Shown here: in pieces, positions 52,313 through 62,181 of the stretch | How positions within the stretch are numbered: the stretch's first letter is position 1 | How the letters are laid out: each line of letters begins with the position of its first letter | From: Candidatus Binataceae bacterium | GTDB taxonomy: Bacteria; Desulfobacterota; Binatia; Binatales; Binataceae | Direction of reading: 5' to 3' | NCBI GenBank assembly: GCA_036489375.1 | Contig: DASXFX010000054.1 | Location: 210-64,209 of the forward strand | DNA: 64,000 nucleotides | Notes under the pieces: model-generated | Seen by the model: only the letters and a program-made list of their open reading frames with translations | Told to the model about the DNA's origin: nothing | The model's database searches: none | Program-made: the position numbers and the translations under genes

Positions 52313-52738
52313 ATGGCAGAAACGCAGGCGAAGTATCAGAAACCCCTTCCCGCCATTACGTCATTGAACCAGCCGTATTGGGATGCGTTGAAGCGGCGCG
52401 AATTGCGCATGCAGAAGTGCGATGGATGCGGACGGATATGGTATCCGCCGTCGCCGCTGTGTCCCGGATGCTGGTCGCGCAAGTTCACGTGGACGCGACT
52501 GAGCGGGCGCGGAAAGATCAATACGTGGGTGGTATTTCACCAGGCGTATTTTCGCAGCTACGAGCAGGATATTCCGTACAACGTGGTGGAAGTGGAACTG
52601 GACGAGGGTCCGCGAATCCTGACGAACCTGATCGGGCTGGCGAACGGCGACATTCGCGCGGGCCAGCCGGTCGAGATAGTTTTCGACGACGTGACCGACG
52701 AGATCACGTTGGCAAAATTCAAGCCGCGCGCCGCCTGA
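52313..52738 (+). CDS. Zn-ribbon/OB-fold protein (DUF35 family)
   Basis: It has a CDGCGRIWYPPSPLCPGC rubredoxin-like ribbon followed by an OB fold. This family is a typical partner of SCP-x thiolases. Confidence 0.85.
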   Translation: MAETQAKYQKPLPAITSLNQPYWDALKRRELRMQKCDGCGRIWYPPSPLCPGCWSRKFTWTRLSGRGKINTWVVFHQAYFRSYEQDIPYNVVEVELDEGPRILTNLIGLANGDIRAGQPVEIVFDDVTDEITLAKFKPRAA

Positions 52739-52758
52739 ATGCGAAGGAGTAAATCTCC

Positions 52759-53937
52759 ATGGCGAAAATCCTCGAAGGTATCCGCGTATTCGACCTGACG
52801 ATTGCGGCGGTCGGTCCGTGGGCGACCAAGCTGCTGGGCGCGATGGGCGCTGACGTGATCAAGGTTGAGGCACCGGGCGGCGACCGCCTGTCGCACATGG
52901 TGCCGCCGACGATCAAGGGAAACTCGGTGCTCTACATCTCCGCGAATCACAACAAGCGGATGATCGAGCTCGATTTGAAGAAGGAAGCCGACCGGGCGAT
53001 CGCGCTGAAGATCATCGAGCAGAGCGACGTGTTCGTGCAGAACATGCGGCCGGGCGCGGTGGAGCGGTTGGGGCTCGGTTATGAGGTCGTCGCCAAGGTC
53101 AATCCGCGGATGATTTATGTAGCCGCGTCGGCCTATGGGCGCACCGGTCCGATGGCGGGAGAGGCGGGAATCGATCCGACGGTGCAGTCGTTCTGCGGCT
53201 GGTGCGGCATCACCGGACCCGATCATGGACGCGGTGAGATCTACCGTCACCTGGCACATCTGGATTTGACTACCGCGACGACGATCACGCAGGCGGTACT
53301 GCAGGCTTTGATTGCGCGAGAGCGGACCGGGCGCGGCCAGCGGATAGAAATCGAGATGCTGACGGCGGCGATGGCGTTGCAGACGACGCGGCTGGCGGAA
53401 TATTTCGCGACCGGAGAACAGCCGGCGCCATTGGGGAGCGCCGCGGCGGCGACCGCACCGCACCAGGCGTTCGAATGCCAGGACCAACGCTATATCGCGA
53501 TTGGCGTGGAACGCGATGAACAATGGCCGGGCTTTTGTAGAGCGCTGAAGCTCGACGAGCTGATTTCCGATCAACGCTTCGCGACGAATCCGCAAAGGGT
53601 GGCGCATCGGGTAGAGCTGGCATCGATGCTGGCGGAGCGATTCAAAACGAAGCCGGTGGCGTGGTGGACGATCCGGCTCAACCACGAGCAGGTCCCGTGC
53701 GGGCCGTTCCTGACGTTCGCGGAGCTGCGCAATCATCCGCAGGTTCTGGCCAACGGCCATATCGTCGAAATTGACACGCCGCATTGGGGATCGATGCACG
53801 TGGATGGACTGCCGTGGAAGTTCGAGGGTACGCCGGCGGGTCCGATTCGCGCGGGAGGAAAGCCGGGCGAGCATGCCGCGGAGATCCTGGCGGAGCTGGG
53901 GATCGTTGACGACCGTGGCGCAGGCGGATCGAAGTGA
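52759..53937 (+). CDS. family III CoA-transferase (CaiB/BaiF)
   Basis: It has ILEGIRVFDLTIAAVGPWATKLLGAMGADVIKVEAPGGD and is about 390 aa long. Confidence 0.9.
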   Translation: MAKILEGIRVFDLTIAAVGPWATKLLGAMGADVIKVEAPGGDRLSHMVPPTIKGNSVLYISANHNKRMIELDLKKEADRAIALKIIEQSDVFVQNMRPGAVERLGLGYEVVAKVNPRMIYVAASAYGRTGPMAGEAGIDPTVQSFCGWCGITGPDHGRGEIYRHLAHLDLTTATTITQAVLQALIARERTGRGQRIEIEMLTAAMALQTTRLAEYFATGEQPAPLGSAAAATAPHQAFECQDQRYIAIGVERDEQWPGFCRALKLDELISDQRFATNPQRVAHRVELASMLAERFKTKPVAWWTIRLNHEQVPCGPFLTFAELRNHPQVLANGHIVEIDTPHWGSMHVDGLPWKFEGTPAGPIRAGGKPGEHAAEILAELGIVDDRGAGGSK

Positions 53938-55109
53938 GCAACGCGGGGAGCCTCGACGGGTTTCGCGTCCTGGATTTCACGCAGGGACTTTGCGGCCCCT
54001 TCTGCACGATGCAGTTAGGCGACGGCGGCGCCGAGGTGATCAAGGTTGAACCGCCCGCGGGCGATTTCGCGCGGCGGATGGGTCCGCCATTTATCGGCGG
54101 AGAGAGCGCGGTATTCCTGAGCCTCAACCGGAACAAGAAGAGCGTAGTGATCGACCTCGAGAGCGCCAGCGGCCGCGAGATGGCGGCGCGGATGGCGCGC
54201 GAGGCCGATGTAGTCGTCGAAGATTTCGGGCCGGGCGGGGCGACGACGCGGGGCCTCGATTACGCGCAACTGCGCGCCGCGAACCCGAAGCTGATCTATT
54301 GCTCGATCACGCCTTTCGGCGAAGAGGGTCCGCTGCGTCATCTGCCAGGGTCAGAACTGGTGGTGCAAGCGATGGCGGAGTACAGCGCGTCGCTGGGACG
54401 AATCGGCGATCCGCCGGTGCGAGTGGGCGCGGATATCGCGAGCCTCAACACCGGCACCTTCGCGGCGCAAGCGATACTCGGCGGCCTGTTTCATCGTCTG
54501 CGAAGCGGTGAAGGCCAGCGCGTCGCGGTGAGCGAGTTCGGCGCGCTGCTGCATATGCGGGGAATCATGTGGTCCTCTTTGAGCGACCCCGACGACTGGT
54601 ACGGCTTCCATCTCGACCACTACATCAAGCCGCCGGATTACGGCTATCAAACGAAAAACGGATCGTTCTACTTCATTCTGCGGCGTGGCAACAGCGAGGA
54701 CTGGGATCGGCTGGTGATGGAACTGGGGATGGAGGAGGCGCTCGCGGACTCGCGGTTTGACGATTACGGGCGCGCGGCGACGAGTATCGGGCGTCACGCG
54801 ACGGAGGTGAAGCCGATCTGGGAAAAGGCGTTCGCGAAGCGCACGCGCGAAGAGCTGGTCGATCTGGTGAAGAGCATCGGCGGCGACGCGGTGCCGATCA
54901 TGGAATACCCCGAGCTACTGGCGCATCCGCAGGTGGCGGCGCTGGAAGTCGTCGCGGAAATCGATCATCCGACGGCGGGCCGCTTGAAAACCATACGCCC
55001 GGTGGCGCGACTATCCGACACGCCCAATTCGATTCGGCTGGCGCCGCCGACGCTCGGCCAGCATACCGACGAGATCTTGCGCGCGACCGGCCTTACGCAA
55101 GGCGGCTAA
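53934..55109 (+). CDS. family III CoA-transferase (CaiB/BaiF)
   Basis: It has LDGFRVLDFTQGLCGPFCTMQLGDGGAEVIKVEPPAGD. A GTGA overlap links it to the preceding paralog. Confidence 0.9.
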   Translation: MSNAGSLDGFRVLDFTQGLCGPFCTMQLGDGGAEVIKVEPPAGDFARRMGPPFIGGESAVFLSLNRNKKSVVIDLESASGREMAARMAREADVVVEDFGPGGATTRGLDYAQLRAANPKLIYCSITPFGEEGPLRHLPGSELVVQAMAEYSASLGRIGDPPVRVGADIASLNTGTFAAQAILGGLFHRLRSGEGQRVAVSEFGALLHMRGIMWSSLSDPDDWYGFHLDHYIKPPDYGYQTKNGSFYFILRRGNSEDWDRLVMELGMEEALADSRFDDYGRAATSIGRHATEVKPIWEKAFAKRTREELVDLVKSIGGDAVPIMEYPELLAHPQVAALEVVAEIDHPTAGRLKTIRPVARLSDTPNSIRLAPPTLGQHTDEILRATGLTQGG

Positions 55110-55162
55110 CGAGTCATCGCCACGGCGATGAGATAGTGCGCCGGGCCGGCCGGCGCGAAGAG

Positions 55163-55927
55163 CTACTGCGCGAAGGCGCCGCCGTCCACCGGCATCGCAA
55201 CGCCGGTGACGTAGGACGCGCGATCGGAGCACAGCCACGCGACGCTCTCGCCAATTTCCTCGGGCTCGCCGAAACGCTTGAGCGGTTCCGCCCGGATGAA
55301 GCGCTGCTCGGCCTCGGCGCTGCCGCGCATGATGCGCTGCATCATCGGCGTGCGAATCGGACCGGGGCAGACGGCATTGACGCGGATGCGATGGCGGCCG
55401 TATTCGAGGGCGGCGGTCTTGGTGAGCCCGGCCACGCCGTGCTTGGAGGCGACATAGGCGGGACCGCCGACGCTGCCGACCAGCCCGGCCATCGAGGAGG
55501 TATTAACGATCGCGCCGCCGCCACCTTGATTGAGCATCTGCGCAATTTCGGCCTTCATGCACAGCCACACGCCGGTGAGGTTGATCGCGAGCACGCGATG
55601 CCAGTTCTCGTCGGTACACTTGTGCGTCACCGCGCCTTCGCCTTCGATACCAGCATTGTTGAAAGCGCAGTCGATGCGGCCGTAGGTCTCGACCGCTTTG
55701 GCGACGAGCGCGGCAACCTCTTGCGGCTGCGAGACGTCAACCTTCATGAAGATCGCGTCGGCGCCGCCGTCCTTCAAGGCCTTGAGCGTTTCCATGCCGG
55801 CGTCCGCAACGACGTCAGCGATCAGAAGCTTGGCGCCCTCGCGCGCGAAGATTTTCGAGGTTGCGCGGCCGATGCCCGATCCTGCGCCGGTGATGATTGC
55901 GATTTTGCCGTCGAGTATTCCAGCCAT
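55163..55927 (-). CDS. SDR-family oxidoreductase
   Basis: It has GKIAIITGAGSGIGRA, NNAG and YVASKHGV. Confidence 0.9.
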   Translation of the reverse strand: MAGILDGKIAIITGAGSGIGRATSKIFAREGAKLLIADVVADAGMETLKALKDGGADAIFMKVDVSQPQEVAALVAKAVETYGRIDCAFNNAGIEGEGAVTHKCTDENWHRVLAINLTGVWLCMKAEIAQMLNQGGGGAIVNTSSMAGLVGSVGGPAYVASKHGVAGLTKTAALEYGRHRIRVNAVCPGPIRTPMMQRIMRGSAEAEQRFIRAEPLKRFGEPEEIGESVAWLCSDRASYVTGVAMPVDGGAFAQ

Positions 55928-56009
55928 GATTCAGATCAACCTCCTGCAACGAACCTTTGCGTTAATGCCGATGACAACCGTGATGTGGCGATGGCCTCGG
56001 CAGCGGGAA

Positions 56010-57122
56010 TTACAGTTTGGGATCGAGCGAAACCGAGACCGCGTGTTCACCCGCGACGCGGCCGGCGAGTGTGTTAATCGCGCGATCGAGATCGTTCAAC
56101 GCGAAGCTGTGAGTGTGCATCTTCTCGAAGGGATACTTGCGCGATTCGATGAGCTTGACCGCGATCGCAAAGGAATCGAAGTCCGCGTTCTTGACGCCCC
56201 TGATGGTCAATTCCTTGGAAAAGATGCGGTCGTTTCTGAGATCGGGAATCATCGCGTCGGGCCCTTTGACGCCGGCGAGGATAATTGTTCCGCCGGGGCG
56301 CGCGATTTCTACAGCCTGGGAAATTGGCGCCATGGTCTCGGCAGTCACATCGATAACCACGTCGGCGCCCTCGCCGCGAGTCAATTCGCGCACCCGCGCG
56401 ACCACGTCCTCGTCGGCAAAGATGGTGGCGTCGGCGCCGAACTCCTCGGCCAGCTTGAGACGGCGCGCGCTTTGGCGCCGAGCGATCACTGCGACATGCG
56501 CGGCACCGGCTTCGCGCGCGGCGGCGGCACAGGCGATGCCGCGCTGGCCCGCGCCAAAGATCACGACGGTATCGCCCATGCGGGTGCCCGGCACACGATG
56601 GGCCCAACTGACTCCAGCGGCAATCGGCTGATAGAGCGCGGCCAATTCGGCGGGCACGTCGGGCGCGATCTTGTGCAGCGCGACCTCGGGATCGAGGTAC
56701 ATGAATTCCGCCATGCCGCCCCATAAAGCCGGCGCAATGGTGGTTGGGATGAAGCCGCAGACCGATATTTTCGCGCCCGCGCGGCCGGTGCGGCAGTTGC
56801 GCGAATCGCCGCGTTTGCAGGCGCGACAATGACCGCATCCGCGAGTGGGTTCGACGGCGACGCGGTCGCCCGCCTTGAGACTCCAGCGACGCGCCGCCTC
56901 GTCACCGATCTCTTCGATAATGCCGACCGGCTCGTGGCCGGGGATCATCGGCAGACTCAAGAGTCCGTTGAGCTTGCCGTCGTACTGATCGACGTCGCTG
57001 CCGCAGATGCCGCAGGCTTCGACTCGCATCAGCGCGTCGTCGGGACCGATGCGCGGCAAATCGAACTGCTGCATTTCGAATCGTTTGTCGCCGACCTGGA
57101 CGACCGCACGCGCCTTAGCCAT
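56010..57122 (-). CDS. zinc-dependent alcohol/threonine dehydrogenase-like MDR
   Basis: It has GICGSDV, GHEPVG, the structural Zn cysteines CGHCRACKRGDSRNC and the Rossmann motif VVIFGAGQRG. Confidence 0.9.
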   Translation of the reverse strand: MAKARAVVQVGDKRFEMQQFDLPRIGPDDALMRVEACGICGSDVDQYDGKLNGLLSLPMIPGHEPVGIIEEIGDEAARRWSLKAGDRVAVEPTRGCGHCRACKRGDSRNCRTGRAGAKISVCGFIPTTIAPALWGGMAEFMYLDPEVALHKIAPDVPAELAALYQPIAAGVSWAHRVPGTRMGDTVVIFGAGQRGIACAAAAREAGAAHVAVIARRQSARRLKLAEEFGADATIFADEDVVARVRELTRGEGADVVIDVTAETMAPISQAVEIARPGGTIILAGVKGPDAMIPDLRNDRIFSKELTIRGVKNADFDSFAIAVKLIESRKYPFEKMHTHSFALNDLDRAINTLAGRVAGEHAVSVSLDPKL

Positions 57123-57277
57123 ATCGATTCACCGGCCGCCCTGTAACTCGCGCTGGGACGGCCCTCCTTCGCCGCGTCACTGTAGAATGTTTTGCGCGCG
57201 AGAGGGTAACGCGAAAGGCAACTTTTAGCGCGCTCGCATCGCGATCTGATAAGCTACGCCCGCTCGGCCCAGGATCG

Positions 57278-58075
57278 GTGCGGAAGCGAATTCGCTGGAT
57301 GCAGTCATCAAAGAAAAAAATCGAGGTGTCCGCTGTGCGTGCGGTCGTGAGACGCGGTCGCATTCGCACGCATCAAGCGATCATCGCGATGCTTACGTTG
57401 GCGACGATAATGGTCATTTGCGGCGTCCTGACGGCGGGTCCGAGCATGGCGCAGCAATCGCCGGAAACCAAGGACAAGCTCTTTCTGCTGGTGGCAAATC
57501 GCGACATGCCGGACCCGGTCTTTCAGCACACGGTGATACTGATGTTGCCGGCGTCGCCGATGTCGCTGGTGGCGGGCGTCGTAATCAACAAACCGACCAA
57601 GATGACGATGGGTCAACTGTTCAGCGGTTCGTCGAAAATGAAGCGCTCGGCGCAGGCGGTTTACTTCGGCGGTCCGGTGGACCTGGATTCGCCGATCGTG
57701 CTGGTGCGCAGTGCGCGAGCGCCGGAGGGCGCAGTGCGCCTGTTCGAGGACGTCTATGCGAGCGCGGATGCGAGATCGATCGCGGAACTCCTGCAGCGTC
57801 CGGGATCCGACAAGGACCTGCGGCTGTATCTCGGGCGCGCGCAATGGACGCTGGCGCAACTCCATTCCGAGATCCTCCAGGGCGCGTGGACGATAACGGC
57901 GGCAAGCGCCGCACTGGTGTTCAGCGCGAATCCCGACAGCCTGTGGCAAGAGCTCATCGACAAGGCGAAGATCCGAGATATCGAATGGAGCATCGGTGCT
58001 TTTCCGACTGGTGCTGCCGATGATTCCAGGCGGCCGGCCTGCGCGCTATCAGCGGATCCACCCGACCCGGAATGA
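57278..58075 (+). CDS. YqgE/AlgH-family protein with N-terminal signal-like extension
   Basis: DPVFQHTVILMLP...GVVINKP and LGRAQWTLAQLHSEILQGAW match the UPF0301 pattern. The domain is preceded by AIIAMLTLATIMVICGVLTAGPSMAQQ. Confidence 0.75.
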   Translation: MRKRIRWMQSSKKKIEVSAVRAVVRRGRIRTHQAIIAMLTLATIMVICGVLTAGPSMAQQSPETKDKLFLLVANRDMPDPVFQHTVILMLPASPMSLVAGVVINKPTKMTMGQLFSGSSKMKRSAQAVYFGGPVDLDSPIVLVRSARAPEGAVRLFEDVYASADARSIAELLQRPGSDKDLRLYLGRAQWTLAQLHSEILQGAWTITAASAALVFSANPDSLWQELIDKAKIRDIEWSIGAFPTGAADDSRRPACALSADPPDPE

Positions 58076-59364
58076 ATCTGCCAACGGCGAGCGAGAAAGC
58101 TCCGGCGCTGGCCGCGGCCACCGCATCGTCGCCAAGGTTTTTCTACGGCTGGGTAGTGGTCGCATGCGCATTCACGATCCTGTGCATCGCGTACGGCATC
58201 CAGTTCACGTTCGGCGTGTTCATGCCGTTCATCTCGGCCGACACGGGATGGGATCGCGGCAGCCTCTCGCTGCCGTATTCGATGTACATATTCGTCTATA
58301 GCGCCTTGGGCGTAGTGAGCGGACGGCTGACCGATCGCGTGGGGCCGCGCAGCGTACTGACGGTCGGAGGCTGCGTGCTCGGCACCGGCGTGATGCTCAT
58401 GAGCCGAGTCCACGCGTTGTGGCAACTCTACATTGTGCTGGGCGTGATTGCCGCCGCCGGGATGAGTGCGGCTTACGTTCCGTGCAACGCGACGGTGGTC
58501 CGATGGTTCACGCAAAAGCGCGGGCTCGCATTGAGTATCGCCTCGAGCGGCGCAAGCTTCGGCACGTTCATCTTTCCGCCGCTCGCAACCGCGCTGATCG
58601 CGGCGTATGGCTGGCGCAGCACGTACGCGATTCTGGGATTGATCGGGGTGTGCGGCATCGTCGCCTGTGCGACGTTCATCGTGCGCGATCCCGAAAAACT
58701 CGGGCTACTGCCGGACGGTGAGCCGGCGCATGCATCGACCATCGATGAAGCGATCGGCGATCTTTCGCTCATCGAGAACTGGACCTTGGCGGAAGCACAG
58801 CGAACCGGATCATTCTGGATGCTGAATGCGATCTTCACGCTGACGTGGCTGGTGGTATTCATGCCGATGGTGCATATCGTTCCGTTTGCGATGGATCTCG
58901 GCATTTCGCCGTTCCTCGCGGCGATGACGATCAGCGTTATCGGTTTCGCGGGATTCGCCGGCCGCCTCACAATTGGCCCGATCTCGGATCGGCTGGGTCG
59001 AGTGCCGACGCTCGGACTGGGCCTGTTGCTGCAAGCGACGTCATTTTTCGGCTTCACCTTCAGCACGGGTCTCGGGTTGTTATACCCGGCTGCGGCGGTC
59101 TTTGGATTTTCCTACGGCGGGGTCACGGCTTTGTTCCCAGCCTTGGTCGGAGACTTCTTCGGCCGTATCGCGATCGGCGCGATTGTCGGATTCATTTTCG
59201 CGCTCGCGGGTTCACCGGCGGCGTTCGGCCCGCTCATCGCGGGGTACATTTACGATGCGACGAAGAGCTACCACGCGGCATTCGTGCTGAGCGCGGCGCT
59301 GAATCTGATCGCGCTCGCAATGGTCTTTATGCTGAAGAAGCCGCACCGCATCGAGCAGTCTTGA
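58072..59364 (+). CDS. MFS transporter (oxalate/formate antiporter-like)
   Basis: 430 aa with 12 predicted TM helices and a GRLTDRVGPR loop motif. An ATGA overlap links it to the upstream gene. Confidence 0.85.
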   Translation: MNLPTASEKAPALAAATASSPRFFYGWVVVACAFTILCIAYGIQFTFGVFMPFISADTGWDRGSLSLPYSMYIFVYSALGVVSGRLTDRVGPRSVLTVGGCVLGTGVMLMSRVHALWQLYIVLGVIAAAGMSAAYVPCNATVVRWFTQKRGLALSIASSGASFGTFIFPPLATALIAAYGWRSTYAILGLIGVCGIVACATFIVRDPEKLGLLPDGEPAHASTIDEAIGDLSLIENWTLAEAQRTGSFWMLNAIFTLTWLVVFMPMVHIVPFAMDLGISPFLAAMTISVIGFAGFAGRLTIGPISDRLGRVPTLGLGLLLQATSFFGFTFSTGLGLLYPAAAVFGFSYGGVTALFPALVGDFFGRIAIGAIVGFIFALAGSPAAFGPLIAGYIYDATKSYHAAFVLSAALNLIALAMVFMLKKPHRIEQS

Positions 59365-59404
59365 GATGTCGGCGCTCGTCATTCGGCGCTGATGAGCCAG
59401 TCGC

Positions 59405-61024
59405 TCAATGGGCGGCAGAACCGCCCGCCCGCGCGCGCTTGAGCAGCAGGAAGCCGGGCGCGAACAGCGCCGCCGTCAGCGCCAGCATTCGATAGATATC
59501 GTTGTAGGCGAGCAGCGACGCTTGCCGCTGCACTACCTGGTAAACCATCGCGAGGCCCTGCGCCTGCTGCGCCAGCAGCCCGTTCATCAGATGGAAATGC
59601 GGCGACCCCGGCATCAGCGGACCGGCCTGATCCGTGCGCCACGCGTCGAAGGTCGTGAAGTGCTGCGTGAGATACGCCTGATGCGTCTGCTCCTGGCTGT
59701 TGAGCATATTCGTGACCAGCGAAATGCCGATCGCCGATCCGGTATTGCGCATCATGTTGTAGAGGCTCGCCGCGTATCCCATCCGCTCCTTGGACACGCA
59801 AGCCAGCGTCGCCGCCGACATCGCCGGGAAAATCAGTCCCGAGCCCAGCCCCGAAAGAATCATCGCGAAGCGCACGTAACTGATACCGACGTCGAGCGTC
59901 CAGCGGCTCATCGACCACAACGCACACGCCATCAGTACGAAGCCGAGGCCCACGAACCAACGCGTATCGTACGCCCGGCGCGAGATTTGTCCGATGAAGA
60001 ACATCCCGGCGAGCGTGCCGAAGCCTCGCGGCAATACTGCGATGCCGGATTTCCACGGCGAGTATCCGAGCAGCTCCTGGAAGAACAGCGGATTCAGCAG
60101 GTTCATGCCGAATACCACCAGCATCATGATCAGGATGAGCATGACCGACACGTCGAACAGCGGAATCGCCATGATGCGCAAGTCCAGGATCGGTTCCGAA
60201 AAATGGAGTTCGCGATAGACCAGCAGCACCAGCGCGACTACCGCGACCGTCGTGAACACGCAGACCCATGGCGCATTGAACCAATCCGCGCGCTGTCCCC
60301 GATCGAGCACGATCTGCAGCAGTCCCAGTCCCAACGCCAGGTAGATGATCCCGGGGTAATCGATCTTCCGCGCGCGCGCCTGCGATTTGCGGATATGCTC
60401 CGGATCGTGCACGAAGATCGTCACCATGATCGCGGCGAAAATCCCGATCGGCAGATTGATATAGAAGTTCCAGCGCCAGTTCCAGTTGTAGGTGATCCAT
60501 CCGCCGAGCGTCGGTCCGAGCATCGGCGACGTCAGCAGCCCCATGCCCCATACCGACATCGCCAGGCCCTGCTCTTCAGGCGGGAAGGTCTCCATCATGA
60601 TGGCCTGCGACGACGGGATCATCGCCGCGCCGGCACCGCCCTGGATCACCCGGAAAATGACCATCTGCGTCAAGGACTCCGCGGCGCCGCACAGCCCCGA
60701 AGCGACCACGAACGCCACTACCGACAGCAGGAAGTAGCGCTTGCGTCCGAAGCGCGCCGAGATCCATCCGGTCAGCGGGATCATGATTCCGTTGGCCACG
60801 ATGTAGCTGGTCAGTATCCACGTGACTTCGTCGCGGCTGGCGGAAAAACTGCCCTGCATGTGCGGCAGCGAAACGTTCACGATCGATGTATCGAGGACTT
60901 CCAGCGTCGCCCCGAGCATCACCGCTATTGCCACCAGCCACTTGTGCGGTGCCCGCCGCTCCGTCAGCGCATGCGCGCCCGTCTTATCGGCCGCTGCGGC
61001 CGGTGAAGCACTCATCCTCGACAA
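59405..61024 (-). CDS. MFS transporter, DHA2 (EmrB/QacA-like, 14-TM) efflux family
   Basis: 539 aa, with LDTSIVNVSLPHM, GWISARFGRKR and about 14 hydrophobic helices. Confidence 0.85.
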   Translation of the reverse strand: MSRMSASPAAAADKTGAHALTERRAPHKWLVAIAVMLGATLEVLDTSIVNVSLPHMQGSFSASRDEVTWILTSYIVANGIMIPLTGWISARFGRKRYFLLSVVAFVVASGLCGAAESLTQMVIFRVIQGGAGAAMIPSSQAIMMETFPPEEQGLAMSVWGMGLLTSPMLGPTLGGWITYNWNWRWNFYINLPIGIFAAIMVTIFVHDPEHIRKSQARARKIDYPGIIYLALGLGLLQIVLDRGQRADWFNAPWVCVFTTVAVVALVLLVYRELHFSEPILDLRIMAIPLFDVSVMLILIMMLVVFGMNLLNPLFFQELLGYSPWKSGIAVLPRGFGTLAGMFFIGQISRRAYDTRWFVGLGFVLMACALWSMSRWTLDVGISYVRFAMILSGLGSGLIFPAMSAATLACVSKERMGYAASLYNMMRNTGSAIGISLVTNMLNSQEQTHQAYLTQHFTTFDAWRTDQAGPLMPGSPHFHLMNGLLAQQAQGLAMVYQVVQRQASLLAYNDIYRMLALTAALFAPGFLLLKRARAGGSAAH

Positions 61025-61052
61025 TCCACCTGTTACTACGCGCTCGAATCGA

Positions 61053-62180
61053 TCAGGAAAATCGCGGCATTACCTTGTTCGCGAACAGCTCCAGCTCTCC
61101 CACCACCTCGTCCTGCTCCAGGTACCCCTGCCCAATCTGCAGATGTACTTCGTTGAAGCCGAGCTGCTCGAAGGCGGTTTCGATCTGGCGGCTGACCTCG
61201 TCCGGAGTTCCTACGATTGCCATCGGCCGCGCCTGGTCGAACGGCAGGAACCATTGATCCCACACCCACCAGTGTTCCTCGAGTCTCGCCAGCGCGCGCT
61301 CGCGGCTGCGATCGATCGAGATGATTCCGCCCCACGCTGCGATATCGTCCGCGGCCACACTACGCCCGGCGCGATCCGCTTCTTCCTTGTACGCGTCCCA
61401 CAGCCCGCGGCAGAACTCCAGGTTGTTCGCCAGCACGATTGGCTTGCCGCCCTCGCGCGCCCAGAACCGAATCGTCCGCATGCTGTGCGCAAAGGCGCCG
61501 TACAGCTTCGGATAGGGCTTCTGATACGGCCGCGGCGCGATTCCGATCTTCGTCACGCGCCCGTCCGGCTCGACCCCTTTGCCGAACTTGAGGTACGCGG
61601 AATGCGGTTGCACCAGGTCCTTCGGCGGAAAGGTCCAGTATTTGCCCTCGTAACTGAAGACGTCGTTGGTCCATGCGGTCTTCACGATACGAACCGACTC
61701 TTCGAAGATCTCCCGGTTGATCTGATCCTGCTCGTCGTGGCGCTTGGCGAGGTCCGGTGTCGTCGCCCGCGCGCCCGGGACCGCAGCGTAGTTCTGAAAC
61801 CAGCGCGCCTGATATCCCCGTGTGAAACCGACCGCCAGCCGCCCCTTGAGCACGTGGTCAAGCGTCGCGATCTCCTCGGCCACTCGCACCGGATTATGCG
61901 TCGGCAACACGTACCCTAGCGTGTTCGCCCGCAGGCGTTTCGAGTTCAAGCCGATGAACATGCTGGACATGCCCGGATGATTGGTCTCTTCGAACCCTTC
62001 AATTTGCAGGTGATGTTCGTTGTGGCCGTAGCCGGTATAACCGAGTTCGTCCGCCGCATGCACGTATGCGCGAACTTCCTCCAGATAGCGCTGGTACAGG
62101 TCGTCGCGCTGACCCGCCATCCCCTGCTCTAATTCCTTTCGTCGTCCGACCGCGCCCGCCTGAATCAGATGAAATTCCAT
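61053..62180 (-). CDS. LLM-class flavin-dependent oxidoreductase
   Basis: 375 aa with a luciferase-like pattern and the C-terminal LFANKVMPRFS. Confidence 0.85.
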   Translation of the reverse strand: MEFHLIQAGAVGRRKELEQGMAGQRDDLYQRYLEEVRAYVHAADELGYTGYGHNEHHLQIEGFEETNHPGMSSMFIGLNSKRLRANTLGYVLPTHNPVRVAEEIATLDHVLKGRLAVGFTRGYQARWFQNYAAVPGARATTPDLAKRHDEQDQINREIFEESVRIVKTAWTNDVFSYEGKYWTFPPKDLVQPHSAYLKFGKGVEPDGRVTKIGIAPRPYQKPYPKLYGAFAHSMRTIRFWAREGGKPIVLANNLEFCRGLWDAYKEEADRAGRSVAADDIAAWGGIISIDRSRERALARLEEHWWVWDQWFLPFDQARPMAIVGTPDEVSRQIETAFEQLGFNEVHLQIGQGYLEQDEVVGELELFANKVMPRFS

Positions 62181-62181
62181 T

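Noticed and set aside
55114-55156. Two GC-rich hairpins (tcatcgcc/ggcgatga and gcgccgg/ccggcgc) between convergent genes, as possible terminators
   Set aside because: The stems are short (7-8 bp) and the first loop is too tight. Neither strand has a U-tract, so the evidence is too weak to call a terminator.
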